Shown one piece after another: positions 12,925-25,832 of a stretch of DNA of 64,000 nt. Source of the DNA: Flectonema sp. DT1601 (taxonomy: Eukaryota); assembly GCA_964019425.1 (NCBI GenBank), contig OZ025786.1, positions 434,001 to 498,000 of the forward strand, written 5' to 3'. The notes under the pieces were generated by a model. That model ran no database searches. It saw nothing but the letters and a program-made list of their open reading frames with translations, and was not told the origin of the DNA. Numbering within the stretch: position 1 is the first letter of the stretch; each line of letters starts with the position of its first letter. A program made the position numbers and the translations under genes.

Positions 12925-13956
12925 ATGATACCCCAGCGCAGCATTGAAGTGCTTGCGGCCAAGGAGCATCTTGATGAAGCAAAATTACAAGATTGTAAAG
13001 CAAAAGCTAACCTAGTTGCTGCGCGAAGTAAAATAGCAAACACAGAAAGTACTCGACAAGTTAAATTAGCAGCTTTGCATCAGGCGAAGGTATGAGAGTT
13101 TGATAAAAATATATTGAAACTGTTTACAGTTGACTCCAATTAATGAAATCACCCAATCAGGTTGAAGAACACAGCTCAAAAACACGCGCAGATGACGCTC
13201 GATCTGCTGCAGATCGAGCTGAATCACAGCTTTCAGAACAAATATCAGCAGTCAAGTTAAAACATGATATTAGTCAACTGGCGCAGTCTGAGTTCGAAGC
13301 GTTGTCTGTTAAGCAAGATCAACTGCAACTACACAAGTCAAAGGTACTTTTTTCCCCTTAATTTTATTATAATCTTTTGTCTTTTAAAAGAAAAAGTAAT
13401 AAACTAACAATTGACAGCTCGATTCTTCAATTCTCGACATGGAAAGACGACTTGAAGCTCTCAAGTTACAAAGACAAGAAATCCGTCATGAGTTTGAGTT
13501 GAATGCAAAATCTCTTGACAGAAGTAAGCAAAGTCTTAATGAAAGTACATTAGAGTTGTCAGGATCGAAATCTAGAGTTGCTGACTTGCAGGTTTGTGTT
13601 AAATTTATAAAGGAGATGAACATGATAGTAAAAAATTAACACAGCAAAATGTTGAGAGCCATCGCAAACGAGAACAGTATGAATACCAACGTTATCACGA
13701 TTCTGTTTCTGGTGTTTGTGTAGCTCAGAGAAATGTTGATAGCTGTCAACAAGATATTTTTGATTCCATAGAAAATGAAAAACGTCTAACAGTTTTTGCT
13801 GAGGAAGCAGCTAAAGGTCTAGGACACGTATATGCTGCAATAGAAGTTATTACTGGCGCTGAAACTCTAAATCCTTCCCCTGTAGCTACTCCACCAGTTC
13901 TTCAACGAAGCCCTTTAGAAATACTCTCACCAGTTCGATTACTGCCGAGGGTGTAG
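12925..13956 (+). CDS. Hypothetical coiled-coil protein; introns 13090-13160, 13343-13417, 13592-13644
   Basis: Heptad-like A/E/K/Q-rich ORF fragments are joined in frame by three short GT-AG introns and end at TAG 13954-13956. Confidence 0.7.
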
Positions 13957-14131
13957 ACATAATCAATCGTCTACCTTTACTACCTTGTCTCGTGAGATAG
14001 GAATTTATTTTGTTATTGTATCCAAAACTGATGTTGTTTTCTTTATAGAACGCCATTCGAGTTGTTGTTTTCTTTTCCAGTCTCCTTAATGCATTGTTAA
14101 CCCCTTCAGAGCCTTCTCTCACTTACACACT

Positions 14132-14761
14132 ATGCAATATGTGTACGTTGCTGGATTTGTCCCGGTACCAGTCCCACAGATGCAGACAGCAACCACGGCA
14201 ACAGCTACCATAAAGGCGTCGCCTCCGGCAGCACTGTCTCCGCAGATTATTCCGACTTCGATTATTCCTACTGCCCCTTCTCCTGTGTTATCGAATGGAA
14301 CTCCTACTGCAGGATACAAACTGAATTCAAAAAACACACCAAGCACCAGTCCAGCTTTTGTTTGGGATGGATGGAAGTACCCAGCTGGGTTAAACCGAAA
14401 GGAGAGAAGAGCAATAATGTTTCCGCAAGAGAAGAGACAAATGTGCACAAAGAAGGTTTTGAATAGGGTTTGGGTCGGAATGAATGTGACAAACGGACCG
14501 ATTCGGGGATCGGGAATTACTTCACCAACAACACCAATGTCACCGCTGACGTTAACGGGGAGTTTGCTTTCTTTTTCAAGGAGGGAATCTGAGGAGTCGT
14601 TATCTCCATCAACTAACTCAGCCTTAACACCTGCCAGTTGTTATGATGACTCAGACGGGTCAAACAGAAATTTCAACTCCGAAGACGACGTTTACAACTC
14701 TGCTCGACTCGATGAGGCCTTACCTCCTCTAATGGATGAATGGAGTGATGATGAACTTTAG
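14132..14761 (+). CDS. Hypothetical low-complexity Pro/Ser/Thr-rich protein
   Basis: 209-aa ATG ORF with coding-like composition; no recognisable domain. Confidence 0.6.
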   Translation: MQYVYVAGFVPVPVPQMQTATTATATIKASPPAALSPQIIPTSIIPTAPSPVLSNGTPTAGYKLNSKNTPSTSPAFVWDGWKYPAGLNRKERRAIMFPQEKRQMCTKKVLNRVWVGMNVTNGPIRGSGITSPTTPMSPLTLTGSLLSFSRRESEESLSPSTNSALTPASCYDDSDGSNRNFNSEDDVYNSARLDEALPPLMDEWSDDEL

Positions 14762-15458
14762 TATCTACCGAACCACATACTTCTATACGTACAATTCAGT
14801 GAACTTGATTAAAGTCTCATGTAACCTCCTGAATTATCTTATTCAGAGATTCTGTACAATTAGACTTAATGTACCTTCCGTGAAGCGAACTCTCGCAATA
14901 ATTATACATAAATCAGCTGCTAAACAGAAGAGTTTCTGTTTAGCATCTGATTGAGCAACTGAACGAACTGAACTGTTTGTTATTTGTTAAAAAAATGGAA
15001 CAATCGGTATTATTTTTGTAATATAAGAAACTTAGAAACTGGGCGTCTCTGATTGATATTGTGCTGTTTTTTATAAAATTTAATTTTCCAACTTGAATTG
15101 TGCTTCGCTCCGAAACATATATGGTAATCACCATCACAGAGGACATAGAAGAGTTTGAGAACATCGCATAAGACTAAACCAACACTTATCAATTTAAAAG
15201 ATAACAATGTATGCTTTTTTCTTTTTTGCCGGGAGGAAACCACATGGTAGTACAGTTCTTTTACTTTTCGTTGTCTGCTGGAATTCTATCTGAGAAAACT
15301 GGTAGTCTTTAAAATTGTAAGCCGAGTACAAGTTGCCTCCTGACGGGTGTTCTGTGGGTAGCCCGAAAACGTTGCGCTCCAAAATAAAACAAGACTTTAC
15401 TCCACCCACGTCAGGCGCATATCTTGTCTTGGCCCTAGCATGCTACGTTGGAACATTG

Positions 15459-16060
15459 TCACCAGCCCGGTGTTATCTCTCCAGCATGCGTAGCGATTGG
15501 TTCAGTGGGCGATCCATGTGGCTTCAGCCCGGTCTCCGATACCTCTAAACCTCCGGCAGTGGATATGGTAGAGCCAGGAGGGACAGGGACAGCGGCTGCT
15601 GGATCGGTCAGTGTGGATTCATTCCGTCCACCAGCTGGCGAAGAAGGATTGCCTGCGGTCAAATCAGTCTCGGTTCGTTTATCGGCTGGCGAAGAAGTAA
15701 CGTCTACAGCTGATGCGGGATCAACCGGCGCTTCTTGTGGTCTGCTGAGTGACGGTCTCAGCCCGGGTTCCGATACCTCTATACCTCCGGCGATGGATGT
15801 GGTTGGGCCAGGAGGGGTCGGGGAATCGGTGGCTGGATCGGACAACGTGAACTCGTTCCGTCCATCAGCTGGCAAGGAGGCAGCTGGGGGTCGGATCCTC
15901 CGTCGTCAGTCGTGGTCGTAGCGGGTTCCTCTGGCTTCGTGGTCGGCCTAGTATCTGAATCCCCCTCGGGTTCCGCTGACCGGCCGATCCCTCCGGCGGT
16001 CGGTGTGGTTGGGTCTGGAGTAGGATCAACTGGACGTGGGGCCGGTGCGGACGTAAACGA
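15459..16060 (-). other. GC-rich island with ~115-bp internal direct repeat; possibly a frameshifted Pro/Thr-rich coding remnant
   Basis: Sharp GC increase versus flanks. 15526-15640 and 15760-15874 are similar (ADGRNEFTLSDPA..GGIEVSEPGLRP vs AGGRNESTLTDPA..GGLEVSETGLKP). Confidence 0.5.
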
Positions 16061-17793
16061 GACGAATGAAGTAACAGACCAGAACAGATAGAGAATAAAA
16101 AGAAAAGATATAGGCAAGAGTAATTGTAGTAAAAGATTACAAATAAATAAATGCGAGTCAAACACTTGTTCTAAAGAGCCTGCGATTAGTCCATCGTCCA
16201 GGTTTTTTTTAAAATTTTTTTTTTTTAGAAAGGGAACGTAGTTATGTTCACTTTTTGTGTATTCCGGTAGTTCGGAATATCAAACTAAAATCGCAAAAAA
16301 AAAAAAAAACGAAGAAGGAAAAATACACAAAACAGGGTAAAAAAGAAACAAAAACGAATCAACCTCTGATAAACACACTGAAACTGTATTCTCGGTAGAT
16401 TAAGGAGAGAGTTGTTTTTATTATTTTCTTTTCTATTATCATCCATCTTCAAGGCAAGGATAATAATAATTTTGCAAAGAAAGCTGGAAAAAAAAAAAAG
16501 AAAAACGAGGCGGAAACATAACATTATCTCGTAATGCTTGTTTTTTTTTTAATTTTTTTAAAATGCAGATTTTGGAACAACGGCAACAATATTACTTTCC
16601 ACTCAAGAAGCATGTCACACTTCCTCGAAGTAGCTTGCTTTTTTCTTAATTGCTGCTCCTTACATCTCTCTCTCTCTCTCTCTCCTATTGTATTGGTGGA
16701 AATTGTTTTTTTCTTTTTTTCTGTATTACTTTTTTCTTTTTTTTTTTTTTTAAATTTTGCATTCATGCAATTCACAACTGATGTGGAGTACTTGATGATT
16801 GTCAAGTATGTATTCTCATATGCGTGTTGGTATCTTTTTTCTGCCTTCCTCCCTTTGTTAGAAAAAGGCACTTAACTATTATTAGTAAACTGTCACTCAG
16901 CGAAGAGGATTGAGAAACCAATCAAACAAGAAAAAGAAACAAATTTTGTGAGCAAAAAAGATGAGGAAAAAAAAAAGAAAGCTGCTTGGTATTTTTGTAA
17001 GCAGCGCAGTGCGAAGAACTTCCCTCCCCCTTTGGATTTTTCTGAAATACGGAAAATCTGATTCAAAATGTCTCCTCCACTCTTTTGTTTCTCGTTATTT
17101 TTGTGTGTCTCTCTAATAAGATTCCAAAGTCAAAAAAAAAAAAAATAAAAAAGCGTCTTTTCAGCCCAAATAACATTCGAAAAAAAAATAACTAACGGGA
17201 AGGGAGAAGAAAAAACAAACAAAAAAAAAAAAAAAAAAAAAAAACAGTACTTGTTTTCTGAAAAAAGGAAAATACCCCTTAATATTACTCCTCCCCCTCG
17301 CATTCAGTGGAAAGCGTTCAAAAGTCACAACGGTTGCTGATGAGTTCAAATTCAACTCAGAAGCAAATCAAAGACGGGGTTGATTTGTTATTCAAAAGGT
17401 GAGATGTCTAAGAATTCTCACTTTGTTCGCACTCTTTTCTTTTGGAGATCGACAAAACTTCTGTTTTGTTATTTTCCTAAAACAAAAAAAAGCAAACAAA
17501 CAAACAAACAAAAAAAAAAAAAAAAAAATTCTAAAAAAAATAATATTGAAAAGACAAATTTTTACGTGGACAGCAAATAACGAGATAAATAGCGCTGTCA
17601 TTCTACTACAAGAATCGAAACTAAGGCAGCACAGTTGTAACGACGAGATGTCTTAATTTAGAGAAAACATAATTCTATTCCCTCTCTGTTTTTTATTGTT
17701 CGCAATACCTTCTCTACCGGGAACGTATTCGATTGTTAGGGTTACCCACATCATAGTGGAAGATGAAATATTGTTTTGGTTTAATTTTTTTTT

Positions 17794-18087
17794 TTTTTTA
17801 TTATTCTCTCCGCCCGTTTGTGGATAAAGTATTTGATATGTGCTGAACCCTGTACTTAGCATGCAATGGTGTTCCACCTCACACCAGGTGGAAGCGCACA
17901 GTTCGGTTTCGTGCACAAACAAAAAATCGCAGTGTTATATTATTATTTTCTGTATAGTTGAAGATAAAGCCAATACTTTTTTATTATTCTCTCCGCCCGT
18001 TTGTGGATAAAGTATTTGATATGTGCTGAACCCTGTACTTAGCATGCAATGGTGTTCCACCTCACACCAGGTGGAAGCGCACAGTTC
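17794..18087. repeat. Perfect 111-bp direct duplication (17794-17904 and 17977-18087)
   Basis: Identical ttttttattattctctccgcccg...ggtggaagcgcacagttc at offset 183. Confidence 0.95.
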
Positions 18088-19212
18088 TGTATTGCTCAAT
18101 TTTAACTGTTTGTAATCGGTATCCCATAGTGGGTTCTTTTGGGGGTTATCAGCATAGTCTCTCTTTAACATTACAAAATAAATAATATGACACTCTACAG
18201 AACGGATGAAAATGTTATCTTGTATTCGTTTTTCACATCCGTTCTCGCCTGCACGGATGATTGTTTCGATCTCTTTTCTTTTTTTTTTTTTGTTTGTTTT
18301 TTTTCTCCAACAAAAAACAAAAACAACAATAATGCGAAAACAGAAATAACAGGAAACCCACCCTGGGCACAAGGCACCCTTCCTGTATTCCACATTCTCC
18401 TATCCTTTCATTACCTTGCTTTGGTGTTGAGAGGTTTATGCGAATTCTCAGTAATATCTTCGTTCTTCTTTCTCGTCTTGAGCAGAGTTTCATTCCGTCT
18501 TACTAATGTAAGAGAAAAGCTGCTCAAAATGGACGTTTTCCCCTCTCTTACATTTACACAACACTTGTCAGTATTACATAAAGAAAATAATGAGCTAATC
18601 TAGCACTCCTATTAAGAATGAGAATTCAAGAAAATTAGTGGTGCGATGATAAATAAAGAGTGAAATCCCTTTTTTTTTCCCTCCACCACATTTCTGAAAC
18701 AGCTATTCCATCTTTTACAGGATCGGAACCAAAGGCTGACAAGGATCTGTGTAATTGACCCACCAATAAGATGGGAAAAAGAAACATAATCCAAGAATGA
18801 AAAAAGAAAAAGAAAAAAAAATTTCCTCCTCCCCTTTCTGTTGTTTCAGATTTCCATACAAAAGTTGGACTGCAGCAATTTTTTTTAATTATTATTATCA
18901 TTTTTTTTTTTTTTTTTTTTTTTTTTTGATTTTCTTCAATCTTGTAAAAAATGTGAACAATTGAGTTCTACTTTCTTTACTTGTCCGTATTCCGTTTCAT
19001 TTCTTCGCAGTAGCAGGTTTAACGAGTAAGTGGATTTTCGCCTTTTCAGTACTGTTGATTACATCTATTACTGATATCTATCTCTCTCTGGCTCTCTCTC
19101 GCTCTCTCTTGCTCTCTCTCTTGTGAATTGAAGGAACTAATGAAAAAAACGAATTGCTCTTCGTCGGGATTGTTGTTTTTGATGAAACGAGCAAGTAATG
19201 CTTTCTGTTAGC

Positions 19213-19248
<36 letters not shown>

Positions 19249-20311
19249 TTTTTTTTGCGTATACAACCATCTAAACGGACTTGTTTTTTTTGTACCCACT
19301 TAATCTGTTAATATTTCTTTAGTGAAAGCGTTTCGGGTTTATTTGTGTACAGGTAATTTTCTTATGCATCGTTAGGATATTTTCTTTTTTCATTAACATA
19401 GTACGGGCTTTACATTCCGTGTCTTCGCCTTTCTATCCACTCAATCTAATTCGTCGGAAGAATGTTTTTGATAATTATTAATAATAACTACCTATGTAAT
19501 AAATTAATTTGATTTTTTTGATTGACTGATAATTATTAATAAACTATTCAATAAAATCTTTTTGTTACATATTTATTTTTTCCTCCTCATCTTCTCTTTT
19601 TTGTTATCGGTCTGCGATTATCTTTTTTTTGTTAGGTAGAAAAAAAAAAAAACTTAGTCAAGAAGACTGAATTGTGAAGAGCGAGAAGGTTATCTCCTCT
19701 TTTTCTCACCTCAATTAAATCCTCTCGTGTTATTCCCAAGTATTCCTCTCTCTTTTTTTTTTTTCGAATTTAAAAAAAAAAAAAAAAACCGTCTTGAGGA
19801 ATGAATTACCTAAACCTCATGATGGGAAAGCAGGGAAAAGAAAAGAAGAAGAAAATCTGCAATGGAGATTGAGAGACAACAAGAAAAAAAACACAACCCA
19901 ACCCAACACAAGTACTTTATTAACAGTGGAAGGAGATGAGTTGTCATAAATACTTTGTTTTTTTTTCGGATGCACGAAGTCTCTCATAGTTTTTCCCAAG
20001 ACAAAACTCGATGTACATTTTCCTTTCGTTGCTGAAATAAGAAAAACTCTAACAAAAAAAACTGCTAGTCTGAGAAAGAGAAGTGAGCACGTCCATTTAC
20101 CAACCACCTCATCCAGGGGGAGGTATTCCTCTCTTTATTATTACTTTTCTTTTACCCTATTGAAGAAACTTATTGAAACAACGTCATTTCGACATTTTAA
20201 AATTAATTCATTCCTTCCTACAGCCCAAATCCTTAATTGATAAGTGTTTGGTAATAATAACTGTTTTTAATGATGTTTCATCCCCCCGCAGTTTCCTAAT
20301 TACCAGAGGAA

Positions 20312-20597
20312 ATGGTTAGAGGGTTCGTTGGGCTGACCTTTCAGGTGCCTGACTCATTGGCGCAGACGGTATGATCTCTTCTGATTTTTATTAGTCACAA
20401 CGCATGCTGTGAAGTTACTAAAAAAAGAAAAACAGTTAACGGGGGGTGCTGGTGTACCCGGTTTACAAGCGCCTACGGCACCAACATTGCCTGCGAGAGT
20501 TGTCGCGCCGACAGCGCAAGCAGCGCCACCTCCGGTAGCAATCCCCGTAGGGTCTGCTTCTCTTCCTGCTGGTTCAGCTCCTGCTGGGGTAACGTAA
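20312..20597 (+). CDS. 72-aa Ala/Pro-rich microprotein; intron 20369-20435
   Basis: Exon MVRGFVGLTFQVPDSLAQT is followed by GTATGA..AAACAG and an in-frame exon LTGGAGVPG..AGVT*. A pyrimidine-rich CCCCCCGCAG lies upstream of the ATG. Confidence 0.6.
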
Positions 20598-21010
20598 TAG
20601 TGATTTCGCCATTACAGCTTATCATTTTACTTCGTTTTGTTACACACACTCAAGACTGTTGTACTTGTTGTTGTTCCTCAAGTAATTGAAAAGAAGTAAA
20701 GCAAACAAAAAAAAAAAAAAAAAAAAAAAAAACTCTTTTTTTTAAAGGTAATTACAACCTTTTAAAAAAAAAAAAATACTAAAATTAAGGAACACAAAAA
20801 AAGAATACAAAATGAAATAGCCATGGATGTTGCTATTGATTTCAGTAAAGAGAGAATACACAACGTAGTTTAATTACTTCAGTTCACAGGATTTCATTGA
20901 AAGTTGACTGTATCTTCATTAATTGATGTACCTGAGCATACTTCCTTTATCTACTTATCCCCCCTTTCAGATCTCATCTTCTTCCTCTCTTTTAATATAT
21001 AAAACTTAAC

Positions 21011-21985
21011 ATGGGAAAAAAACCCACCCGACAGGAGCCAGTCAAGAAGGTTGTTGCCGAACCAGTTGAGAAACCTGTGGTTGAGTCATCGAGTGGGTTC
21101 CGTCCAGTTGACTACACGCTTGCTGGTGTTTATGGTTTCCTTGCTGGAGCATCACTTTGGAGTTTATTTATGGGCTGCAAAGGAAACGCACCTATCCATC
21201 CAGCCCTTGGACCTCACTGTGGAACTGTAGCAGCAGTTGAGTTCCCACTTCTCACTGACCTCTATAAGACTTGGAACAGTGAGGTGTACCGTGCACCAAA
21301 ATCTGACGCTGTTGAATACGTATGTGAAATATTGTTTTTAATAATTTATATGAAATCTAATTAATACCAATACAACAAACAGCTTCACTTTGTTTCGATA
21401 ATCGCAAACATGTTTGCTGTGCCACTTATGTTCGCAATGTTGTTGGGACCAAAGGGTAACGGATGGCAGAAATTCGGACTCATGCACGCGACCGCTCTCC
21501 TTATTGCAAACAGTTATTTCTTTATGGCCGGAGTGAAGGCAAAGCCAACCCAGAGACAGGTGTTCGATATTGTGTACACATTCCAGGTTGCTCTACCAAT
21601 CATTCTCATGTTCAGATGGCTAAAGGAAAAGCCTTTTGAGAGAAAGGCTGGTGGGTTCATCGGAGGATTCATTTCATTCATCTTTAAGCTCGGTTCCATC
21701 GTTGCCCTTCTCTACACCGTTATTACTGTATACGACTGGGCAGTTTCTAGCCACAAGGATCTGAAGGGATTTCAGAAGGTTTCCCCCCACTTTGATGAAT
21801 ACATCCAACAGGCATCGTACCACGTCGAGGAATTCTCGAAGATTGCCTCCGAGAAGGCGCAGGAGCTTGGAAAGGTTTGTAGTTAGTATCTCTGATAATG
21901 AAAAAAGACGAATTATCTTGCTCGATTTTCTTTAAAACCTAAACAACAATAACAGGTTGTCACCGCCAAGATTTCTGGACAGTAG
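21011..21985 (+). CDS. Multi-pass membrane protein; introns ~21320-21382 and ~21875-21955
   Basis: Hydrophobic helices in both main exons, with GT-AG introns joining the frames. Confidence 0.7.
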
Positions 21986-22994
21986 ACGTAACACTGTGGG
22001 GTTTATTTTAATTTGATTTTTTTTTTTTCCTTTTTCCTTTCTCACTTCAATATGCTCTCTTTTTACTTTTACCTTTGGGTTTCGATTTAGAAAAAAAAAA
22101 AAAACAACCCGTCCCTGGTTAGCGTGCGGCGTGCAAGCTTGGGTTTTTGATTCTCAGTTGGATTGTTCCGAGCAATCTGTGTTTTTCTTTTTAAAAACTG
22201 TTCTTCTGCCTTCCTTCCTGTAGGGGCAGAAGATGAAAGCTAGCGTTGTAAACAGGTGCAAATAACAAGCGTACTTTGATATGGTCATAGAGGTCGCGCT
22301 TACAGAGAAATAGTTTGATAATTAGTTTTTTAATGCACTACTGCTCGTGCTTGTCTATTTTGCCTCCCAGGTGTTCGTTGCGTGTGTTTGCAAATCCTGC
22401 TTGTGCCTTTCCTTAAGTGCTGTAGTACCACATTTTTTGAGGCGACTTCTTGAGGTAAGTTTCTCTCCCCATCCCCGTTCTTTTTTTAAACCTGCTCTTT
22501 GGAGCAGTTATGTTTTTTTCGGATTTTTTCCCGTTATTTTTTTTCTTTTTCCTTAATAATTTTAAAAATTCTTTTTTTTTTTTTTTTTTTTTTTTTACCT
22601 GTTGTTGCTTCTTCCGTGAGCCGGAGGTATTGCCTTCTGGTCCCCTGTTCTCTCACAGAAGTTTCCAAAGGCCACGCGTAAGTAGCATCACCAGTCCAAA
22701 CCCAGTCACATGTTGATATTGTTTAAGCCGACCGCAACTTTCCTTCTCATTTGTGGATTTAAGCAATCTCTTGGAAGGGTAAAAGAAAAACAGAAGAAAA
22801 AAAAACACAAAAAAAAAAAAAAAAAGAAAAAGATACGTTTCGCAACGGTCAGTCTCTTTTGGTTTGGAAAGAACATGATAACGAACAAATGATAACAAGG
22901 AAACCTTTCTGCGAATAAGAATTCAACATGAAACAAGAATTAACTAAACTTTTTACTTTAACACATCTAGATAAGCTCAACCACACATAACAAC

Positions 22995-24392
22995 ATGGAA
23001 TCAGTCAGGGAATTAGAAAAGATAAGAGGCCTCAGTGAAGAAGTTGAACTTCACATGGAAGAACTAATAACAGAAGTAAAGAACGTTCCAACCAATCACA
23101 GAACCAGAATACATCACGAGCACTTTATTGCTGAGAGGTTAGAGCTGATGAAATGTAAAAAGAGAAAACTAATTGAAATGTTCGAAGAACAAAATCAGAG
23201 AAAAAATCCAATCCAACCTTTGGGAACAACGGAAACAGAATTCTACGAAACCATTCAAGGAATACAAGAGTATCACGTGAAATTTCCGAAACTTGCTGTC
23301 TCTCCTCTACAACCAGAGCAACCAGCTCCGGAGAAATGCCGAGTCCAGTTCAGTGGTGAAGAAGGTTACGGCAGATACCTCGATCTACATGAGGTATATA
23401 ATCTCTTTTTAGGACAGTCATTCGTATGTCAAACAGACGATGCCAAGGGAAAAAGTGGAATAGATGCTCTCCTTTCAGTAACAGTGGCTCCAATTGAGTA
23501 TATTGATTGGCTTCAGAGATTTCACATGTTTCAAAAGATTCCAAGAAAATTTAAAAACAAACAATATTCTGAGTACCTTGATGCTCTTTTTAATTATCTG
23601 AAGGGATTCTACGACAGAACTCAACCACTCTCAATGGGTATTAATAAAATGATTGAAGAAGGAAAGGAAAACTTTTCAGAACGATGGGGCACAGATGGTG
23701 TCCTCGGATGGGAAGACATGAAAGTTCAGACAGCACCAGCTGGAAAAAAACTAACAAAATCCCAAAGACAGTACCGCACCCACAGACAAATTGCAGAAAC
23801 AGAAGAGTTAATCCAACGTCTGTACGATATGCTAAAAGAAAGTATTGATCAAACTGCTGTCATGTTAGAGCGCAAAGAAACACGTTCAAAAGAAGAGTTA
23901 CTGAAAGAAGCTGAGAGAGAGGAAGCAGAAGCTCAACGTGTTTACGAAGAGAATTATAAAAAACAAATCGCAGCAGACAAGAAGAAGAATGAAGATGACG
24001 ATGACATACCAAGTGTTAAGAATTCTCGTAACCTTCCTTTGGGTTATGATGGACAGCCTATTCCATTTTGGTTATACAGACTTCACGGTCTTAATATGAA
24101 GTTTACTTGTGAAATCTGCCGAGGCTATGAATACGTCGGACCAAAAGCATTCGACAAACACTTTCAAGAAGCTCGCCATGCTCACGGTATGCGATGCCTG
24201 GGAATTCCTAACACAGTCCACTTTCATCATGTTGTTGGTATTCAAGAGGCTCTCGCTCTCTGGAAGAAAGTCAAAAACGACGTAGCTGATCAGCGCTGGA
24301 ACGCAGAAGACGAACAGGAGTACGAAGACAATGAGGGACACGTCTTCAATAGACGCACACGAAACGACTTAAAAGTAAAGAAACTGCTATAA
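22995..24392 (+). CDS. SF3A3: Splicing factor 3A subunit 3 (Prp9)
   Basis: FSGEEGYGRYLDL, NLPLGYDGQPIPFWLYRLHGL, and zinc finger CEIC..HFQEARHAHGMRCLGIPNT. Confidence 0.97.
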   Translation: MESVRELEKIRGLSEEVELHMEELITEVKNVPTNHRTRIHHEHFIAERLELMKCKKRKLIEMFEEQNQRKNPIQPLGTTETEFYETIQGIQEYHVKFPKLAVSPLQPEQPAPEKCRVQFSGEEGYGRYLDLHEVYNLFLGQSFVCQTDDAKGKSGIDALLSVTVAPIEYIDWLQRFHMFQKIPRKFKNKQYSEYLDALFNYLKGFYDRTQPLSMGINKMIEEGKENFSERWGTDGVLGWEDMKVQTAPAGKKLTKSQRQYRTHRQIAETEELIQRLYDMLKESIDQTAVMLERKETRSKEELLKEAEREEAEAQRVYEENYKKQIAADKKKNEDDDDIPSVKNSRNLPLGYDGQPIPFWLYRLHGLNMKFTCEICRGYEYVGPKAFDKHFQEARHAHGMRCLGIPNTVHFHHVVGIQEALALWKKVKNDVADQRWNAEDEQEYEDNEGHVFNRRTRNDLKVKKLL

Positions 24393-24890
24393 CCCTGTAG
24401 TAGAGTCAACGAGTTAGTGCCTCACAGAATGAGTAAGGAACCAAACCACAGGAACTGGCAACCAACTGCCAGCAAAGACAAATAAGGAATAACAGGCACA
24501 CTGATAACTGTAATCAGTTGGGCTGTGGGCTGCAGTATGATTACTTTACTAGTTAATTTCTAGTTGTGTAGGAGATTAAAATTCGGAAGCCTTCTTCCAT
24601 AAAGCTTTAAAAAATGTTTGCATTAATAGTAACGTGGAATTCAGTCAGTGTTTTTATCCTTTTGGTTCGTTTCTTTTTCTTTACCTTTGACGCTTCTTTC
24701 GATGCGAGGGAAGCAGCTGATCACCCCACTCTCACCGTTATCATAAACCATTAAACACCTCTTTGTTTACAGTGTTATATACGTCTATGAGTCGAAGGAG
24801 AAACCTGAGGAGAATGTAACAGCTAAACTCTTTATATCATCTATTCTGTTCTCCATTTATCTTTTCTATTACCTTCAGTGATAAGCAAAC

Positions 24891-25832
24891 ATGTGTGGAA
24901 GGTGTCCTAGTGAAAAGCATGAACCAGAAACTGACACTAACGAAGAAAAGCATAATGTAAAAAGTGATCCAGAAACAGACAAAGAAGAGACGGGGGCTAT
25001 TAAAAATGAAGAAGTTGCATCAGAGAATGTAGCGACAGAAACAGTTAAGTTGGATTCTATTTCTCTAACTGCAGATGCTGTTGGAAAGATTAACGAGGCT
25101 CAGAAAGTAGAATCTCGTACTACTATCCCGTGGCCATCAGACTCCTGTTGTTGTGTTGCTGTTGTTTGTTCGTTGCTATTGCTGATCGGTTGGTACATGT
25201 CAAGCGGGTCTAAGAAAGAAACCCAAGCGGCTCCACCACGACGTGTAGCTATCCAACAAAAGTATGATGTTCAGCAAACTACTTCAAATGCACTCAAACA
25301 GTTGGGACAATCATCAGAGTATTCAAAATATCTTAAAGTAAAGAAAAGTCACATCATGCAAGAAGTCGACGCCAATGCTCGTCGCTGTCGTCAATTTGCC
25401 TTTACTGGAGGTGCCATTTACTTAGCTGCCTGCTACTACTTCGTTCAACCACCAGCTACTTTCCGCAGTATGTCGAATTTTTCATTGGTACTCGCTGCTG
25501 TTCCGTTCTTCTTACCGATGTTGAAGAAGGTGTGTTATTTTCTGTTTTTCATTTGTTGACGGGGCTTGTCGCTTTTTTCATAGTTTTTTAACAAATAAAA
25601 ACAGGAGCAACCTGGGCTGTTTTGGTCTTGTTTTCTATCAACTATGGCACTGGGCTACACTACTAACGCATCAAAGGTGGTTGGTGTTGGGTGTCTCTAC
25701 GCGGTTACGGCTTCAGCGTTGTTCATTCCAGCGCTGTCGTTTTATCAGACTGAGTCGCAAAGAACAAAAATGAATTATTTGAAGTTGTTGCAAAACCCAA
25801 CAGAGCCCCCAAGCAAGTGTAAATGTTGCTAA
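24891..25832 (+). CDS. Hypothetical membrane protein; intron ~25530-25605
   Basis: Acidic N-terminus, several TM-like segments, and a GT-AG intron linking two ORFs. Confidence 0.6.

Noticed and set aside
17794..18087. Spliced-leader RNA gene or CRISPR-like array
   Set aside because: No match to euglenozoan SL exon sequences I know, only two long units, no repeat-spacer pattern, and a eukaryotic context.
16200..20250. Many 60-150 aa ORFs rich in F/K on both strands
   Set aside because: They are translations of poly-T/poly-A tracts, with no domain or coding-like composition.
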